The translations under genes were made by a program, and so were the position numbers. Source: a virus (taxonomy: Duplodnaviria > Caudoviricetes). Taken from it: a stretch of 64,000 nucleotides of DNA. The notes beneath the pieces are model-generated. The model saw nothing but the letters and a program-made list of their open reading frames with translations, had not been told where the DNA came from and did not search any database. Below, piece after piece: positions 59,925 to 64,000 of this stretch. Where the stretch lies: positions 1-64,000 of IMG/VR virus record IMGVR_UViG_3300031760_000010; one strand, given 5' to 3'. Each line of letters opens with the position of its first letter. The stretch's first letter is position 1.

Positions 59925-60878
59925 ATGAAGTTTAGTTTTGGTAAGAATGAGAAGGCTCTGAAGATTGTTGCTCCCGTTGCTGAGAAGTCCGCAGAAGAGA
60001 AAGTCCTGGATCGTCTGTTTGATCTTACGGAAAGTAATAAGCAGGTGATTGGTGGTAAGGTATACGCCAATATCCCGGTGGAACTGCTAAAGCTGGATGA
60101 GCTTTATCAGAGAACCAATACTTACAATCTGGATACGGTAAGACGCCTGACGCTGCAGTTTGATCTGAAGCAGATGGATACGCTGATGGTATCTGTCCAC
60201 GAAGAAGAGAAGCGGTATTACATCATGAATGGTATGCACCGTTTCTTGGCGGCAACTGCGAAGGGAATTGATGCACTGCCTTGTGAGATTCAGTTCATTG
60301 ATGGTGATGCAGAGACTCGGAGAAAGGCAGAAGCAAAGTATTTCATCTCTCAGCAGATTCTGGTGGACAAGATGAGTCCGCTTGATCAGCACAAAGCACA
60401 TGTTGTTCTGGGAGATCAGGAGTATGTTGATCTGGATGACATTGTGAATAACACAGACGGTATTCAGTTCAAGAAGAATCGCCACAAGGGAAGACAGCCG
60501 AAGGGAACTCTGACCGGGTATGCTCAGGCAGTTGCCATTACGAGTAAATACGGAAAGGAGCATATGCAGAATGTATTTGACATTTTGATTGGTGCTCATT
60601 GGAATGAAGTCGGTACTGGTCTAAGCTATTATGCACTGCGCATGGTTTCTGATGTACTTGCGGCTCATAATACTGCGGAAGTGAAAGCAGAGATCACCAG
60701 AGTACTTCGCAAGTGGGATCCGAAGCTGTTCCAGGCAGTTGCTTGGAGTCATTACACTACGAGAACCCAGGGCAACGCAAATGCACTGTTCCTTGAAGAC
60801 TACGTTTGCACGAATCTGAATATTCCTCGTCTGATCGATAAGGAAGTAACGGAAAGATTCAATCCGAACGTTGCATAA
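59925..60878 (+). CDS. ParB/Srx-like N-terminal domain protein (DUF6551-like)
   Basis: 'YQR' and 'YYIMNGMHRFLAA', a variant of the ParB DGxHR motif. Confidence 0.7.
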   Translation: MKFSFGKNEKALKIVAPVAEKSAEEKVLDRLFDLTESNKQVIGGKVYANIPVELLKLDELYQRTNTYNLDTVRRLTLQFDLKQMDTLMVSVHEEEKRYYIMNGMHRFLAATAKGIDALPCEIQFIDGDAETRRKAEAKYFISQQILVDKMSPLDQHKAHVVLGDQEYVDLDDIVNNTDGIQFKKNRHKGRQPKGTLTGYAQAVAITSKYGKEHMQNVFDILIGAHWNEVGTGLSYYALRMVSDVLAAHNTAEVKAEITRVLRKWDPKLFQAVAWSHYTTRTQGNANALFLEDYVCTNLNIPRLIDKEVTERFNPNVA

Positions 60879-61018
60879 TAGGTAAATTAAATAAAACGGG
60901 GAGTCTGTATCACACGGGTACAGGCTCCCCGCCAATGAGTGGTGTAGTTAAATATTCATGACAATGAATGTTTAGTTATGTTACTCATTCACCAAGCATA
61001 TTAATGGAGGGAAACAAA

Positions 61019-61261
61019 ATGGAATCGAACAACAAGGAAACGGTAGAAATGATGATCACTTATTTTTTGAATGAAATTGAATTTCAGAAAGAGCTGATTC
61101 GTCATGCGAAACACGATATTGATGACGCAACGGAAGATGGTGATAATTCGAAACTTAGAATTCATACCAAGATGCTGCGGAGAAGAGAAGCGAAGATGAA
61201 TGATCTTCACCGGATGTTGGACTTTGTACAGAGGCTGCATTACGAAATGGAGGTACAGTAA
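61019..61261 (+). CDS. Hypothetical protein
   Basis: 80 aa, RBS GGAGG, coupled to radC. Confidence 0.55.
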   Translation: MESNNKETVEMMITYFLNEIEFQKELIRHAKHDIDDATEDGDNSKLRIHTKMLRRREAKMNDLHRMLDFVQRLHYEMEVQ

Positions 61262-61728
61262 TGAGAGCAATTCAGTATGATACCAGATTGAGCCGGGATC
61301 GGTTGCCGATGCTTGTAAAAGAAAGCAGCTTCAATTACAGCGGTAATGTTTACTTGACTTCTCCTGTTGCGATCTATCAGTTTCTGCGTCAGGCAGATGA
61401 TGTTGAGACGTTGGACAAAGAAAAAGTGTATTTGTTTTGCTTTAATAACAAAAGCAAACTGATTGGTTGGTTCATTGTATCTGAAGGAACGATCAATCTT
61501 TCGTTAATGTCCTCAAGGGAAGTGTTTATCAAAGCGCTTGCCGTCGGAGCGGTAAATATTATTCTGGTTCACAATCATCCGAGCGGTGATCCCTCACCCA
61601 GTACAAACGATGACAAAGTAACAGAAAATGTTAAGCAAGGTGGTAGTATTCTGGGAGTACCGTTATTGGATCATGTTATTATCGGTGACAGAACTTATTA
61701 TTCCTATATGGAGAATGGGAGGTTGTAA
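61261..61728 (+). CDS. radC: RadC-like JAB/MPN domain protein
   Basis: E...HNHPSGDPSPSTND...LLDHVIIG. Confidence 0.92.
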   Translation: MRAIQYDTRLSRDRLPMLVKESSFNYSGNVYLTSPVAIYQFLRQADDVETLDKEKVYLFCFNNKSKLIGWFIVSEGTINLSLMSSREVFIKALAVGAVNIILVHNHPSGDPSPSTNDDKVTENVKQGGSILGVPLLDHVIIGDRTYYSYMENGRL

Positions 61729-61729
61729 T

Positions 61730-62026
61730 ATGAATAACAATACGGAAATTATTTCCGGGTTTACATTCTGTATTCGGGGCAGAGATTACTTTGTTCCGTC
61801 TCAGTTAGTGAAACGGACAAAAACGTTCTCAAAGAAGATTCTGACCAAGTTAAGTTACCCGCTGACAGAAGCGAATGTGAATTGGATGTTCGATCACATT
61901 CAGAAATGTGATAAGGAACAGACTTCATATGGGCTGAGGATTTGCGGTGACCGCTACGGAAATAAATTCACGCTCTGCATTCCGTATGGAGAAAGAGAAG
62001 ATTATATAGAAATGGAGGTAAGCTGA
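61730..62026 (+). CDS. Hypothetical protein
   Basis: 98 aa from ATG 61730 after GGAGG. Confidence 0.6.
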   Translation: MNNNTEIISGFTFCIRGRDYFVPSQLVKRTKTFSKKILTKLSYPLTEANVNWMFDHIQKCDKEQTSYGLRICGDRYGNKFTLCIPYGEREDYIEMEVS

Positions 62027-62205
62027 TGCGGTATCCAAAGGAAGTGTTCCATGTCCGTGAGGATGTAACCAGGGAAAATATGAGAGCTTACGAAGCAAAA
62101 CGAGATCGGTTCTACAAAAAGTGTGAGGAACTGTTCCCGGATTTCTGGTCACTGCCGTTTAGAGAAAGAATGGAAATTAAAAAACTGGTAGAGGAGGAAA
62201 TGTAA
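62026..62205 (+). CDS. Small hypothetical protein (59 aa)
   Basis: Not in the ORF track. MRYPKEVFHV...EEEM*, TGATG coupling and RBS. Confidence 0.6.
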   Translation: MRYPKEVFHVREDVTRENMRAYEAKRDRFYKKCEELFPDFWSLPFRERMEIKKLVEEEM

Positions 62206-62363
62206 TGAATCAGATTGTTGTGGAAGAAGATATGTTCGCAAGGGAATTCACGAAAGAAGAAAGATGGGATCGTGCGGCTAAGTTGGGTCGTCACAATCTT
62301 GAGCAGTGGAGAAAATTACATGAACGGTACAATACGTTAGGTAAAGAAAGGGAGAATGCGTAA
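62205..62363 (+). CDS. Small hypothetical protein (52 aa)
   Basis: Not in the ORF track. MNQIVVEEDM...ENA*, TAATG coupling and RBS. Confidence 0.6.
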   Translation: MNQIVVEEDMFAREFTKEERWDRAAKLGRHNLEQWRKLHERYNTLGKERENA

Positions 62364-62612
62364 AGCAAAATAACAGTCAGTGATAATAATTAATAGTATA
62401 TATAATATACATAATGAAATAGAAAAAATTCTACATATGTATTTATATAATATTATTGGGTTTTTGGAGTCAAAAATTAACTTTGTAAAGTAAAAGAGGT
62501 GTTTGACTTAATAAAATTAAGTGATAATAAGCGACATTAGGTAAAATTACCCAGTATTAAGTTCGCCTTGAAACATGTTGGAAACGATGTTGACATTGAA
62601 ACAGAAAGGGAT

Positions 62613-62900
62613 ATGAATATGTATTATGTAATTATGTCACACAATTTTGATGCAGAGACTTGCATCTGGGAATTCGATGAATATCAGGTAGCGGTTGCAT
62701 TCCTGCATTGGGAATGGGAAAGATATTACAATGAAGAGATCGCTTGCGAAAGCAGACTGAATGAAAATGAATGCTTCCATGACTGGGATTATGCCAAGGT
62801 AGAATGGTCTGATGGTGATTATACGGAATTCACTTTGGTTGAAGGTTTGGATGACGTTCCATCTGAATTTGAAGAAGAATGGGAACGGTATGCACCGTAA
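62613..62900 (+). CDS. Acidic hypothetical protein
   Basis: About 95 aa, very rich in E/D/W. Confidence 0.6.
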   Translation: MNMYYVIMSHNFDAETCIWEFDEYQVAVAFLHWEWERYYNEEIACESRLNENECFHDWDYAKVEWSDGDYTEFTLVEGLDDVPSEFEEEWERYAP

Positions 62901-62918
62901 AGCAAAGGAGGTATACAC

Positions 62919-63074
62919 ATGCGGTATTATTACAGATTCATTATTGTAGACGGTTCCGGGGCTGAGGTAAGCAGAGATTACGTCACAAGAAAAGACGCTG
63001 AGTTCGATCTGCCTGAGTACAAGAAACTGTGTGGTGGTTGTCGCATTAAGAGAAGACGGTATTACTATCAGTAA
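62919..63074 (+). CDS. Small hypothetical protein (51 aa)
   Basis: Not in the ORF track. MRYYYRFIIV...YYYQ* with RBS AAGGAGG. Confidence 0.6.
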   Translation: MRYYYRFIIVDGSGAEVSRDYVTRKDAEFDLPEYKKLCGGCRIKRRRYYYQ

Positions 63075-63085
63075 AGGAGAATAAC

Positions 63086-63478
63086 ATGAAATATTACATC
63101 GTACCGAAGAATGAAATTGCAATGGAAATCAATGCCAATATCATGAAGTGTGAATCCGCAGCGGACGCCATGTCCTTTTTCGCCATCAATATGGATTCTG
63201 ATATGAATACATATTTTGAAGCTGTAAGCGAAAATGATTGGGCAATGTATCAGCTTAAGCGAACTCAGACAGAAGAGAAACGAATATTTCTTGAGTTCGC
63301 AGAAGATGTTTTAGAGGAAGACTTCGATGATATTGAAGAAGACGATATTCCTGCTTTGGCAGAATATGCTTGGGAGCTGTACTGCGGAGAACGCAAAGGA
63401 GGTGAGGGACTGACAGAGTATGAGTGCATTGAGAAGGCGGTTGATGATAATTATGAAACGATTGAGGAGGAAGAATGA
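63086..63478 (+). CDS. Acidic hypothetical protein
   Basis: 130 aa, strongly acidic. Confidence 0.6.
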   Translation: MKYYIVPKNEIAMEINANIMKCESAADAMSFFAINMDSDMNTYFEAVSENDWAMYQLKRTQTEEKRIFLEFAEDVLEEDFDDIEEDDIPALAEYAWELYCGERKGGEGLTEYECIEKAVDDNYETIEEEE

Positions 63479-63807
63479 TGTCGTGGACTAGCATGAAAAA
63501 TTCCAGATCTTATCTGAAGGCAGATACGAAGAGAAGAGATTATAATGATCCATATGCAGAAATAGCTGCAGCTGCTGTTCGTCAGGCTGTGAATGATTGG
63601 GTGGAGTTACATAAGAAGAGAGGCAAACCTGAATGGTTACGTGACCCGCCTGGTACGAAAAAAGAGAATCGGCGCACGAAGGCAGATGAAATTCGTAACA
63701 TTGAAGAGTTTTTCTTGAGTGAAGACTTTCAGATGTACACGGATATTGATGGGAAAAAGCTGTTGGAATATCTGAAAGATCTGTATCTGTTGCGGAGAGT
63801 TGTATAG
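63475..63807 (+). CDS. Hypothetical protein
   Basis: 110 aa with 'AAAVRQAVNDW...IEEFFLS..F..YTDIDG'. Confidence 0.6.
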   Translation: MMSWTSMKNSRSYLKADTKRRDYNDPYAEIAAAAVRQAVNDWVELHKKRGKPEWLRDPPGTKKENRRTKADEIRNIEEFFLSEDFQMYTDIDGKKLLEYLKDLYLLRRVV

Positions 63808-63830
63808 GTTAAATTAAACGGAGGCAAACA

Positions 63831-64000
63831 ATGGATGTATTACTGCAGAAAATGTTTTTGGAACCAGAGAGATGGACCGAAGCGATTGAAATTGGTGTTG
63901 GTAAAAACATCAGCAAAACAGAAATGAGACAGTTATGTGATCCTGAAGTACGGAAAGCATTGTTGTACAAGATTGCAACAGATCAGTACAGAATTGCTCC
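63831..64000 (+). CDS. Partial ORF, possible N-terminus of a reverse transcriptase
   Basis: MDVLLQKMFLEPERWTEAIEIGVGKNISKTEMRQLCDPEVRKALLYKIATDQYRIAP... with RBS GGAGG. The end resembles the 'I..G.Y...P' lead-in to RT motif 1. Catalytic motifs lie outside the window. Confidence 0.4.
   Translation, partial: MDVLLQKMFLEPERWTEAIEIGVGKNISKTEMRQLCDPEVRKALLYKIATDQYRIA

Noticed and set aside
62503-62531. SigmaA promoter TTGACT...GATAAT
   Set aside because: The spacing of 14 nt is non-canonical, so it was not called.
1-64000. Stop-codon reassignment, which is often seen in theta-ribozyme phages
   Set aside because: Long ORFs are intact under code 11, TAG and TGA end genes normally, and no suppressor tRNA is seen.

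Overview
A 64-kb segment of a large tailed phage or prophage with SPbeta-like gene organisation. The host is probably a Clostridia/Lachnospiraceae-type Firmicute (inferred from strong GGAGG RBSs, sigmaA promoters and gene content). Bases 1-50,000 are on the minus strand and hold the virion morphogenesis module. In transcription order it runs: small accessory ORFs, a YonO-like single-chain RNA polymerase split at its catalytic motif by a group I intron carrying a GIY-YIG-like endonuclease, HU, two tRNAs (Thr, Gly), metallophosphoesterase, terminase, portal, protease/scaffold, capsid, neck and tail genes, an inserted HNH / MT-A70 methyltransferase / RusA block, a 4276-aa tape measure protein, then Tal, Dit, BppU and a tail fibre. 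A strand switch at about 50.1-50.8 kb carries a palindrome and a G-rich tract. The plus-strand early-type region then starts with a divergent sigma-like gene. It is followed by a perfect 85-bp duplication, a ~460-nt highly structured non-coding RNA candidate, two HDV-like self-cleaving ribozyme folds flanking a 50-aa ORF, long RNase III-like hairpins and a tRNA-like element. The window ends in the N-terminus of a possible reverse transcriptase. The most novel signal is this dense set of RNA elements punctuating the early operon. All structure calls were made by eye and are unvalidated.
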